Positions 26,587 through 34,842 of a stretch of DNA of 64,000 bases are shown piece by piece. Below the pieces are notes generated by a model. That model worked only from the letters and a program-made list of their open reading frames with translations. It made no database searches and had not been told where the DNA came from. This stretch comes from a virus (taxonomy: Duplodnaviria > Heunggongvirae > Uroviricota > Caudoviricetes). Location of the stretch: IMG/VR virus record IMGVR_UViG_3300031951_000044, one strand, 5' to 3'. Position numbers and translations under genes: made by a program. Positions within the stretch are counted from its first letter, which is position 1, and the number at the start of each line of letters is the position of its first letter.

Positions 26587-26994
26587 CTACATTTGTTCTC
26601 CGATTTGAGTTTCATCTGCAATATCTTTTTCTTTTCTTTTTTCTCCACGCTCTTTAAGAGTAATAATATTATTTCTCAAAGAATTTATTTTTCTTTCGTA
26701 TTCTTTGAATTTTAAATATTCATCATCATATATTTTTATTCTTTCAACATTTTCTGGTGTGTTTTCAGCCAAAGCCCAAGAATAAGTTGCTTGTAATCTT
26801 TCACCAGTTTCTTTACAAGTAAATTCATAACTGCCATTATCTCGTTGAATAACATTATTCATTATCGTTCCAATTTTAATTGGTTTACTTTCAAGTTTGT
26901 TAGGTATCCAAACCATATCTAATCTGTAAATATATTCCATATCAGATTTTGGTTTTCCATTGTCTTTATCTATTAAACAATCAAATATTCCCAT
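26587..26994 (-). CDS. cassette ORF, hypothetical
   Basis: ORF in array. Confidence 0.45.
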   Translation of the reverse strand: MGIFDCLIDKDNGKPKSDMEYIYRLDMVWIPNKLESKPIKIGTIMNNVIQRDNGSYEFTCKETGERLQATYSWALAENTPENVERIKIYDDEYLKFKEYERKINSLRNNIITLKERGEKRKEKDIADETQIGEQM

Positions 26995-26995
26995 T

Positions 26996-27595
26996 TTATT
27001 TATTATTAAATATGTTTATAATTTTTCGAATTTCATCTTGTTTCCAAGGTCTATTCTTACTGCCATCTTCAGAAATTGTTAAATAATCACCATCATATCC
27101 CAATGCTCTTTCAATTAACCAAGGTCTTGATTCTTGTTCAACTGCAATCCACCCATCTTTTGTTTTACCAATTGGAGTACTTCCTTCCTTAATTTCTTCA
27201 CTACCATCTAATGGTAATAAATCTCTTGTTTCATTATAAATTATTCTTGTATCTTTGAATAGTTCATACACTAATCCAACATCTTCACCAGTCCATTCAG
27301 TATCTTCTGTTTGATGTTCATATTTTTTAGCAAGAAAATAACCATCAGATTCTGTTCTTAAAACATATTTTTGATGTAATATTTTTCTACATTCTCTATT
27401 ATAATGGTCAATAGTGTTTTGAATATCTTCTTGTCCTTTCCAATAGTTGTCTTCGCCTACCGAAAGCGAATCACCATTTTGTGGCTGTTCACCAACAAAT
27501 TTTTGATTATCTAAACAAGCCAGTATCATTTCAAAGGAATCTTCCGATATTACAATGTTTCCTTTACCGTCTTTTTTTGCTTCAATTTTCATCAT
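26996..27595 (-). CDS. cassette ORF, hypothetical (199 aa)
   Basis: ORF in array. Confidence 0.45.
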   Translation of the reverse strand: MMKIEAKKDGKGNIVISEDSFEMILACLDNQKFVGEQPQNGDSLSVGEDNYWKGQEDIQNTIDHYNRECRKILHQKYVLRTESDGYFLAKKYEHQTEDTEWTGEDVGLVYELFKDTRIIYNETRDLLPLDGSEEIKEGSTPIGKTKDGWIAVEQESRPWLIERALGYDGDYLTISEDGSKNRPWKQDEIRKIINIFNNK

Positions 27596-27599
27596 AGTT

Positions 27600-27917
27600 T
27601 TAAATTTTAGTTTTTAACATTTCTTTATAAGCATTACCTGTATCAAATTGTTGTTCAAATGTTGGATTTGGATAATGTTCGTTTTTAATCCAATTATCGT
27701 GATGTTCAAATGTTCTCCATTCATTATCACGTAATTCTTTTACCATATTCATCAATCCAGTTCCAACTTTCATATCAGAAGGAATTTCAACTCCACCATC
27801 TGGTGTAACTTTTACAATTGTTTCTAATTTCATATTATTTATTTTTAAATTTTTCAAATTTATTTTGTCCAACCCACAAAAAAGAAAAGAAAAAGGTTCA
27901 GTTCTCCGAATGAGCAT
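27600..27917 (-). CDS. cassette ORF, hypothetical
   Basis: ORF in array. Confidence 0.45.
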   Translation of the reverse strand: MLIRRTEPFSFLFCGLDKINLKNLKINNMKLETIVKVTPDGGVEIPSDMKVGTGLMNMVKELRDNEWRTFEHHDNWIKNEHYPNPTFEQQFDTGNAYKEMLKTKI

Positions 27918-27941
27918 TTGTAGTTTAAATCCGTACTACTG

Positions 27942-28033
27942 CTAACATCGTGTATAAAACATAGCCAATTAAGGTCTGTGGTTTATATTAAGTATTGTGC
28001 GTGGCTACGTTTCATACACCCAACCGTTAGGTG
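27942..28033 (-). repeat. attC-like site (site G)
   Basis: CTAAC-atc-GTGTATAAAAC ...48 nt... GTTTCATACAC-ccaacc-GTTAGGTG. Confidence 0.55.
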
Positions 28034-28042
28034 TAATAAATT

Positions 28043-28231
28043 TTACTCCAACACACCCTTCAAAGTTCGTTTCTTCATTTCACCAAAGTTTCTTTCTTCT
28101 TCTGCCAATTTTCGTAGTTCTTCTTGAAGTTCCATTGGTATTTTATCACCATACTTACCAAGTATCTGAAATAATAATGTTTCCCTACCTAAAGAAACTT
28201 TCATATCAATTAACAGTTGTATATCTTTCAT
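28043..28231 (-). CDS. cassette ORF, hypothetical
   Basis: ORF in array. Confidence 0.4.
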   Translation of the reverse strand: MKDIQLLIDMKVSLGRETLLFQILGKYGDKIPMELQEELRKLAEEERNFGEMKKRTLKGVLE

Positions 28232-28250
28232 AATCCGTAAAATTTACATA

Positions 28251-28383
28251 CACCTAACAAAGTATAACCAAAAGTGGGGTGTAGTTCCAACATTCAGATA
28301 TTGTGCTTCTAATTTACTTTTGTAGGTAAGTCAGGGTTCGGCACTTCTAATCCCCACCTTCGGTTATACTCAACCGTTATAAG
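28251..28383 (-). repeat. attC-like site (site B), nested hairpin
   Basis: CACCTAAC-aa-AGTATAACC...aaGTGGGG...CCCCACctt...GGTTATACT-caacc-GTTATAAG. Confidence 0.6.
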
Positions 28384-28395
28384 TAATAAAACAAA

Positions 28396-28626
28396 CTACT
28401 TTATTCTGTTTATTTTTATAATAAATATTTTAGTGAAAATCATCCAGATCATAAATAAAGTTGAAGACGAAACTAAAATATTTACCAAAAATTGTTTTAC
28501 ACTGAATCCAAAGTGTGATAAATACCACCACCCACTAATAGAACTACCTATTGTTAAAAATAAACAGAATAAAATAAACAGTGTATATAATATACCATCT
28601 AGCGTAATTTGACCTTCAATTTTCAT
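28396..28626 (-). CDS. cassette ORF, small membrane protein
   Basis: hydrophobic 76-aa ORF. Confidence 0.4.
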   Translation of the reverse strand: MKIEGQITLDGILYTLFILFCLFLTIGSSISGWWYLSHFGFSVKQFLVNILVSSSTLFMIWMIFTKIFIIKINRIK

Positions 28627-28656
28627 ATTTAATTATTATTTAGTTTGTTTTACATA

Positions 28657-28813
28657 CTTATAACAACAAATATAAGAAATAAATTTTGATTTATCTAATT
28701 TTTATAGGTAAAATTTACTTCTCATATTTACAACCGTTATGCAAAAGTGTGGCAAGAAAGTTTTGTCTATAATTTGAAATTTTGGAGTTGCCACACCTTC
28801 GCATAACAACGGC
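28657..28813 (-). repeat. two adjacent attC-like sites (possible ORF-less cassette)
   Basis: cTTATAAC-aa-CAAATAT...ATATTTA-caacc-GTTATGCaa overlapping GTTATGC-aaaa-GTGTGGCAA...TTGCCACAC-cttc-GCATAACaacgg. Confidence 0.45.
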
Positions 28814-28858
28814 TAAAACGACAATATTTAAAAACTTTCCCACCGCACAATTGAACAA

Positions 28859-29182
28859 TTAAGAATTACCAAGTATAATGTCAATCACTTCTTTTGGTGC
28901 TTCTATCAATTCATCTTCACGGTATTTTCTCCATCCTGCCTGATTTTCTTCTTGTGAAATACTGTGAGCAATCACCCAAGTAAATTCTCCTTTTTCAGAA
29001 TACTTTTCTACAAATTCCTTTTGAGCAATTACATGTTTGCACAAATAAAATACCTGCGTTCCTGCATAGCAAGTTTGTGCAATCACTTCCATTACTTCCA
29101 AAGCACTCATCTGGTTCTTTGAATTGGTGTCGAATTTTCTTTTCACCAAATTGTTTACGTCAAATTTTGTTTTGATTTCCAT
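28859..29182 (-). CDS. cassette ORF, hypothetical
   Basis: ORF in array. Confidence 0.45.
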   Translation of the reverse strand: MEIKTKFDVNNLVKRKFDTNSKNQMSALEVMEVIAQTCYAGTQVFYLCKHVIAQKEFVEKYSEKGEFTWVIAHSISQEENQAGWRKYREDELIEAPKEVIDIILGNS

Positions 29183-29256
29183 TTTACTTTTTGTTTTTAA
29201 TTATTATTATTTAATTGATTAATTATTTCCCTCGCAAAAGTTTTTAAATACTGCGT

Positions 29257-29820
29257 TTAGCCGATATACGTTATGTGTAAGCGTTCCGTTCATCGTTCTA
29301 ATCAACATTTCGGTTGAAAATTTTAAAAGAAAAATCAAAATCCATAATGAAACCATTTATCATCATTTGGTAGTTGTTCTTTTAATTGTTTGTTTATTTT
29401 TCCCACTATATTTTGAGCAGTAACCGAAGTTATACCTTTAACATCAAAATCATAAGCAATTTGACCGATTGAATATACAAACATTCTCAGTAATTCTCTT
29501 GGTATATCAAATGTTATATCCACATCATAAGTATAGTTTTTACCAGAAAAGTTTATTTCGTCACTTATTGGTCGCATAACTAAGTGATGTAAATCTTCAA
29601 ACCAATCCTTACTCAGTCTTTCACAACCTTTTTTCATCATTGACTCTACCCAAGTTCCAGATGAATTCCACTCTTCTCTTGTTAGAGAAATTTTAACCAC
29701 CTTTTCAAAATAATTGATAGTTGTAATTTTTTGTTTATAATTCATATATTTTTCTTTTAAAATTTTTGTTCATTTCTACTATTTAACATTCTACCTTAAT
29801 TAACCACACCTACACATAAC
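29257..29820 (-). mobile_element. conserved cassette frame copy 2 carrying ORF 29335..29745
   Basis: acGTTATGTGTAAGcgttcc...ttctaatcaacat...aaattttaaaagaaaaat | ORF | atttttcttttaaaatttttgttca...ccacaCCTACACATAAC. Confidence 0.55.
29335..29745 (-). CDS. cassette ORF, hypothetical (136 aa)
   Basis: inside conserved frame. Confidence 0.45.
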   Translation of the reverse strand: MNYKQKITTINYFEKVVKISLTREEWNSSGTWVESMMKKGCERLSKDWFEDLHHLVMRPISDEINFSGKNYTYDVDITFDIPRELLRMFVYSIGQIAYDFDVKGITSVTAQNIVGKINKQLKEQLPNDDKWFHYGF

Positions 29821-29909
29821 AAGGTGTATAAGAAAGTTTGCTATAAAGTTCAGTGGTTAATTTGAAAGTTCATCTAAGCAAACCTTCTCATACACCCAAC
29901 CGTTATAAG
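29813..29909 (-). repeat. attC-like site (site C)
   Basis: CACATAAC-aa-GGTGTATAAG...CTCATACACC-caacc-GTTATAAG. Confidence 0.6.
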
Positions 29910-29916
29910 TAATAAT

Positions 29917-30162
29917 TTAAAATTTATTTATTATTTTATTTTCAATATATTCTTTAACTTTTGACGGTAATATTTGTGTTGGAAATGACCCTTCCGCACC
30001 AACATACATTTCACTACTTGCAACATCACTTGCATCTATTTTATAATATTGTTCATCTGGTGAACATATCGTTACATGAGTTACCTCACCCCATCTACCA
30101 GAACCAACCCAATAAAACCATAGGTCATTTCCAATATGTATTTTTCTTTTCGTTTTTTTCAT
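29917..30162 (-). CDS. cassette ORF, hypothetical
   Basis: ORF in array. Confidence 0.45.
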   Translation of the reverse strand: MKKTKRKIHIGNDLWFYWVGSGRWGEVTHVTICSPDEQYYKIDASDVASSEMYVGAEGSFPTQILPSKVKEYIENKIINKF

Positions 30163-30244
30163 AGGTATAAATTGTAAATTACATACTTATAACAGCAAAT
30201 AAAACACATTAAAACGATTGTTTATCATCAGACGTTATAAACAA

Positions 30245-30523
30245 TTAAATTATTTTCCGCAACAGTTCATCTTTATCCAAAAAAATATCATCCTGTTTAT
30301 ACCAATCATAACTAGATAAATGTCCACCTGAAGGATAGAATTGTTCATTAACTACAACCAAGTAATCAATTTCAATTCCATCCATTTGTTCCATTGTTTC
30401 GCCTTTGATATAAGGTACCCCATGAACAATTCTAATCTTTTCAATTTTACTTTTAAATATTTTTTTGGATAAAAGTATATATACTTCTTGTCCAACATCA
30501 TACTTTACATTATATGTTTTCAT
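30245..30523 (-). CDS. cassette ORF, hypothetical
   Basis: ORF in array. Confidence 0.45.
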   Translation of the reverse strand: MKTYNVKYDVGQEVYILLSKKIFKSKIEKIRIVHGVPYIKGETMEQMDGIEIDYLVVVNEQFYPSGGHLSSYDWYKQDDIFLDKDELLRKII

Positions 30524-30541
30524 AATAAAATAATTTAACGT

Positions 30542-30664
30542 GTTTATAACAACAAATATAAAACATTTATTTCAGCGTTCCAAATTTATTGTTGGTTTAT
30601 ATTTATATACTGTTTTTCAATTTAAGTTTAGTTTAAAACGTTTTATATTTGCAACCGTTATAAG
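30542..30664 (-). repeat. attC-like site (site D), perfect L boxes
   Basis: gTTTATAAC-aa-CAAATATAAAAC ...75 nt... GTTTTATATTTG-caacc-GTTATAAG. Confidence 0.6.
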
Positions 30665-30670
30665 CAAGTG

Positions 30671-32674
30671 CTACATCTCGTTTCCAAATATAGTCCCTAC
30701 ATGTAAATCTTTTTCTTTTCTTTTTTCTTCCCACGCTTTTTTTATTTCCATAGAAAGAAATGGTAAAATCGAAAAAAGTAGTTTATTTAAGTGTTTTAAA
30801 ACATAGTAAAACTCTGTTTCATATTTAATTCTCATATTGGAATTTGTGTCAGATTCATAAAATTCATTTTTAATATCCTCCGTCAACAAAGATGAATAAT
30901 AGTTTATAAATTCAACAAAACCCCTTACTGCTTTATTCAAATCAAATTCATTGACAAGTAAATCAAATTTATTTTCCAACTCTTTTACTTTAAAAAAAAT
31001 ATTTTCATCAACTTTTGTTTCATCATAATCATATATATATAGATTATTAAATAAATAACGGAGAAAGTTTCTTATTTTAAAATATTGTTTACCAGAGTTT
31101 TTTAATGAATCTTCCGAAAAGACAATATCGTTTTTAAAATCTGACAGTAAAACCCATAGTCTTAATACATCAGGGTTATATGTTTCATACAGCTTTTCCA
31201 AACTTCCGCCATTACCTTTTGATTTTGATAGTTTTTCTAATGTGTTATCAACAATAAATCCGTGTGTTATTATTCTTTTTGTTGGTACTCGACCAATCAT
31301 TGATGCTAATATAATCGAACTTTGAAACCACCCTCTGTGTTGGTCTGAACCTTCAATGTATATATCGGCAGGTTTATCATACATCATAAATGTAGAACCA
31401 CTATCAAACCAAACATCCAATATATCATTACTATTAGGTATTTTAACACCCCATTTTCTTTGTCTTGAAATACACCAATCTTTGCGTGAAAATATTGTCG
31501 TTGATAAACGATTTCTGTCTTTTGATGATAACTTTATTTCTTTTAAACAAGTCTTTATTTTGTTTAAATCAAAATCAAGATACGTTTGTTCCGTTAATAC
31601 TTTATACACCTTATTCCCTTCACGCCAATCAATTGGATAATCGTGTGTGTAAATTTCACGTTTATATACAAACTTTTCATCAATTTTAAAATCTTCTATG
31701 TGTTTTAATAAGCCGATTTTATCGCACACATTTTTGGGGGTTATGTTATTATCCATTAAAATTCGATAATCTTCATCACCGTGTCCACCGCAAAGATGTA
31801 CTATACCTGTTTTATCATCTGAAACGTAGTCATCATAAATAATTGGACATAAATCTCCATTGTGGTTATGATATGACTTAATATTACTCACATCAAACAA
31901 ATCATAATCTAAATTATTTTCAATAGCAAAACTTTCACTACAAATAATATTGTCAACAGTTTTAACATATTTTATATTATTACTTAAACATACTGCCTGA
32001 TTTCCGTTTACAGTCCATTCTGTTGTTGTCCAAACAAGTAATTTAAAACTATCAGAGTTGAATAGAAAATACAAAGATTCATCTTCTATTTTTTTATATT
32101 CAATTTCTGAGTTAGCCAATACTGTTTTTAATGTTGGTGAGTACCAAGTAGGCTTATTCTTTTTAAGAATTAGACCCGCATTTAGTAGTTGGTGGTATAT
32201 ATATAATTCTCTTTCTATAAAATCAATATCCATAGTTTTAAACCTACCTTCAGTTGGATAAATCCCGAAAAGTTCAAGAGTTTTATTTTGAATATCACAA
32301 TATTTGGTTGCGACTAATTTAGCATTTTGAATTAAATCACCACTCATTTCTTTTGCTTTATTTTCAATGGGTAAACCATGACAGTCCCAACCAAATGAAA
32401 CCCTAACTTTCTTACCTTTTGTTAAGTAATATTTTACAACAAAATCTTTCAAGGTTTTGTTTAAAAAATGTCCCAAATGTAATTCTCCATTGGCGTATGG
32501 TTCACCATCTTGTATAATGTATTCATCATTTGAATTTTCATACAAGTTGTTCACATAATCTTTGATAGAAGCGTTCAATAAAGTAAGTTTATCTCTATCT
32601 AACTTCTGTGTAATTTCTTCTTTTGGTAATAATACTTTATTCATTATTTTAAATTTTATTTTCCCACCACACAA
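30671..32674 (-). CDS. ileS: minimalist isoleucyl-tRNA synthetase-like class I aaRS (667 aa)
   Basis: PYANGELHLGH (HIGH), GWDCHGLPIE, WTTTEWT, DWCISRQRKWGV, DVWFDSGST, EGSDQHRGWF, KLSKSKGN (KMSKS) - IleRS signature blocks; CP1 and C-terminal regions much shorter than bacterial IleRS. Confidence 0.7.
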   Translation of the reverse strand: MCGGKIKFKIMNKVLLPKEEITQKLDRDKLTLLNASIKDYVNNLYENSNDEYIIQDGEPYANGELHLGHFLNKTLKDFVVKYYLTKGKKVRVSFGWDCHGLPIENKAKEMSGDLIQNAKLVATKYCDIQNKTLELFGIYPTEGRFKTMDIDFIERELYIYHQLLNAGLILKKNKPTWYSPTLKTVLANSEIEYKKIEDESLYFLFNSDSFKLLVWTTTEWTVNGNQAVCLSNNIKYVKTVDNIICSESFAIENNLDYDLFDVSNIKSYHNHNGDLCPIIYDDYVSDDKTGIVHLCGGHGDEDYRILMDNNITPKNVCDKIGLLKHIEDFKIDEKFVYKREIYTHDYPIDWREGNKVYKVLTEQTYLDFDLNKIKTCLKEIKLSSKDRNRLSTTIFSRKDWCISRQRKWGVKIPNSNDILDVWFDSGSTFMMYDKPADIYIEGSDQHRGWFQSSIILASMIGRVPTKRIITHGFIVDNTLEKLSKSKGNGGSLEKLYETYNPDVLRLWVLLSDFKNDIVFSEDSLKNSGKQYFKIRNFLRYLFNNLYIYDYDETKVDENIFFKVKELENKFDLLVNEFDLNKAVRGFVEFINYYSSLLTEDIKNEFYESDTNSNMRIKYETEFYYVLKHLNKLLFSILPFLSMEIKKAWEEKRKEKDLHVGTIFGNEM

Positions 32675-32772
32675 AAAGAAAAGAAAAAGGTTTCGTCTTT
32701 CAAATCAAGTTCTGTGCTATAATACCGCACCTGCTTATAACAGCGTGTATATGCAAGTGGCGGGTTTGTGGT

Positions 32773-33036
32773 TTATTCAACATAAGTACCTTTTACTTTT
32801 GTAATTTGATATCCAAAAAATAATAAAGCTGATTTTAAAAGTTTATTTCTATCCTTGTTCTGTCTAATATATATTCTTTTTTCATTATCATTTTCGGTTC
32901 TACAGTTAGTTAACTTACCTTTAAACGCTGTTATAATTGCGCATTCATATTTTTGAATATGACTATATATTCTATTTAAACTTGATTCGTTAATGTTATT
33001 AAACTCATTTATGAGTTTTCTCATTTCAGTACTCAT
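32773..33036 (-). CDS. hypothetical protein
   Basis: ORF; upstream of last repeat element 32700-32770. Confidence 0.45.
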   Translation of the reverse strand: MSTEMRKLINEFNNINESSLNRIYSHIQKYECAIITAFKGKLTNCRTENDNEKRIYIRQNKDRNKLLKSALLFFGYQITKVKGTYVE

Positions 33037-33059
33037 GATTTTTATTTTTCAATAAATAT

Positions 33060-33374
33060 CTATACCTTATCCAATTCTTCAGACAATTCTCTCAAGAATG
33101 ATTCATCGCCATCATCACCCGATAAAAACCAATCAACTCTTTGTACATAAATTCTTGCAATTGTTAATGATTTAATTGCTTCTTGCAATTTTTCTTGAAT
33201 TTCTTTTGAATAGGTTGGATAATATTTTTCTTCTGGATATTTTTCAAGATATTCATCACTACACCAACGTTCTTCTTTTGGTCTTTCTTTTCCTTGTCTA
33301 TTTAAAACTCTTTCAATATCATCAATGATATCATTAAGTTGATATTTTTTATAATCAAAATAACCTCCTGACAT
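33060..33374 (-). CDS. hypothetical protein
   Basis: co-oriented ORF. Confidence 0.45.
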   Translation of the reverse strand: MSGGYFDYKKYQLNDIIDDIERVLNRQGKERPKEERWCSDEYLEKYPEEKYYPTYSKEIQEKLQEAIKSLTIARIYVQRVDWFLSGDDGDESFLRELSEELDKV

Positions 33375-33386
33375 GTTTTTATTTTT

Positions 33387-33962
33387 TTAGTACCACCAAT
33401 TAATTAAACCCTTACCATTGTGAACATCTTCATATGCTTTACCTTTATGTTCGGTATACATATCAACATTATAGATATCGCCTTTTAAAATATCAAAAAG
33501 TTCATTCCAAACTTCTTTCTCAATTTTTGAAGATTCCTCAAAAATTTTCCAGTTCGCTTGTCTTTCTTCTTCGCTTTCTTCATCAAAAACCAATCTTTTA
33601 CTGGTAGAACCTTCAATTGGTTCAAATTTAAAATCTCTAAAAACTGTTTTATAACCAAGTCTAGCTTCCGCCATATCATGAAATTTATCTTCGAGAATGC
33701 AATCCGTTAAATAAATTGCTCTCTTCATATAATAAAGTTTCAATCTAAGTGTTGGTTCATATTCATTGCTGAACTTTTCCATTGATTCTTTCTGTGTAAT
33801 CAAAGACCTTCTTAGCATTGAGATAGTATAATACCGGTCCCAACCACCAAAGGATTTAAGTTCTCTCCTGAACCTCCAAATGTTCTTAAAAAATCTTGGA
33901 ATATCCCATCGGATAAATTCCCAAGTATTTCTAAAATAATATGAAAAACTATGTTTAAACAT
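33387..33962 (-). CDS. hypothetical protein
   Basis: co-oriented ORF. Confidence 0.45.
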   Translation of the reverse strand: MFKHSFSYYFRNTWEFIRWDIPRFFKNIWRFRRELKSFGGWDRYYTISMLRRSLITQKESMEKFSNEYEPTLRLKLYYMKRAIYLTDCILEDKFHDMAEARLGYKTVFRDFKFEPIEGSTSKRLVFDEESEEERQANWKIFEESSKIEKEVWNELFDILKGDIYNVDMYTEHKGKAYEDVHNGKGLINWWY

Positions 33963-33965
33963 TAG

Positions 33966-34109
33966 AAAGGAAATTGTGAAAACGTTCTTTGTTGTTGCTG
34001 CTTTTTCGCTTTAAGTGCATGTGTTGTGTTTCCAACACCATGACATCTTTGTGATGCACAGGAAGATGCAAAAATAACAATAATAAGTGCAAAAATTAAT
34101 TTTTTCATT
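33966..34109 (-). CDS. small lipoprotein (48 aa)
   Basis: manual ORF MKKLIFALIIVIFASSC...; TAgcTTTG promoter at 34117-34138. Confidence 0.35.
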
Positions 34110-34119
34110 TGTTTTTTGT

Positions 34120-34794
34120 TTAGACAAAGCTAATCATTCTATTTGACATATCCAAATCAATGTTCAAAGGTTTGTTTTGATAAACATAATTTTCACCAAG
34201 AGAACACGCATTAATAAAATTAATATTGTCTCTTTGCATATAACCATAAGAATAATGAATATGACCAAAACAATGAATTATTGGATTAATTCTTTTAATT
34301 TCTTCGGTCAAAATTTCGCATCCAACGGATTGTCCCTGAATTGTTTTGTCCAAACAACCAAACGGTGGACCATGTGTAATTAATATATCAATATTCTCCG
34401 GTATTGCTTTCCATTTTTCTTTAAGTTTTTCACCGTTTCTTGGAAGATTAAACGCCCAATTATAAAATTCTGGTTGCCAAGGTGAGCCATAAATTTTGAC
34501 CCCCTCAATTTCAACCATATTATCCTGAAGATAAATTATATTTGAATATTCTTGAACCAATTCCTTTGATTGGAGTGGGTTATCTTCAAAGAAGAAATCG
34601 TGATTACCAGCAATGAATACTTTGTGTGTATAGGAATCTAAATCGGTAAACCATTCAAGGAACAATCTAACCTCTTCTCTATAACCACGCGAAGAAATAT
34701 CACCACAATGAATAATCATGTCTCCACCCGGAAGATGTTCTTTCGGAATGTGATGATGTTTTGTGTGGGTATCAGATATTATTGTAATTAACAT
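34120..34794 (-). CDS. calcineurin-like metallophosphoesterase
   Basis: IISDTH...HCGDI...GNHD...HGPPFG motifs. Confidence 0.65.
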   Translation of the reverse strand: MLITIISDTHTKHHHIPKEHLPGGDMIIHCGDISSRGYREEVRLFLEWFTDLDSYTHKVFIAGNHDFFFEDNPLQSKELVQEYSNIIYLQDNMVEIEGVKIYGSPWQPEFYNWAFNLPRNGEKLKEKWKAIPENIDILITHGPPFGCLDKTIQGQSVGCEILTEEIKRINPIIHCFGHIHYSYGYMQRDNINFINACSLGENYVYQNKPLNIDLDMSNRMISFV

Positions 34795-34842
34795 TTTTTG
34801 TATTTATATGCAAATATAAATAAAAATGTTTAGAAAAACAAA

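Noticed and set aside
26210-26648. Overlapping ORFs 26210..26554 and 26463..26648 in the GC-rich cassette
   Set aside because: High-GC segments generate long spurious frames; only 26179..26481 has a start just downstream of the attC-like element and a coherent zinc-ribbon pattern.
24400-33000. CRISPR array as an explanation for the regularly spaced repeats
   Set aside because: Elements are imperfect inverted repeats of variable length (90-160 bp) separated by 200-2000-bp ORF-containing units; there are no identical short direct repeats with uniform spacers.
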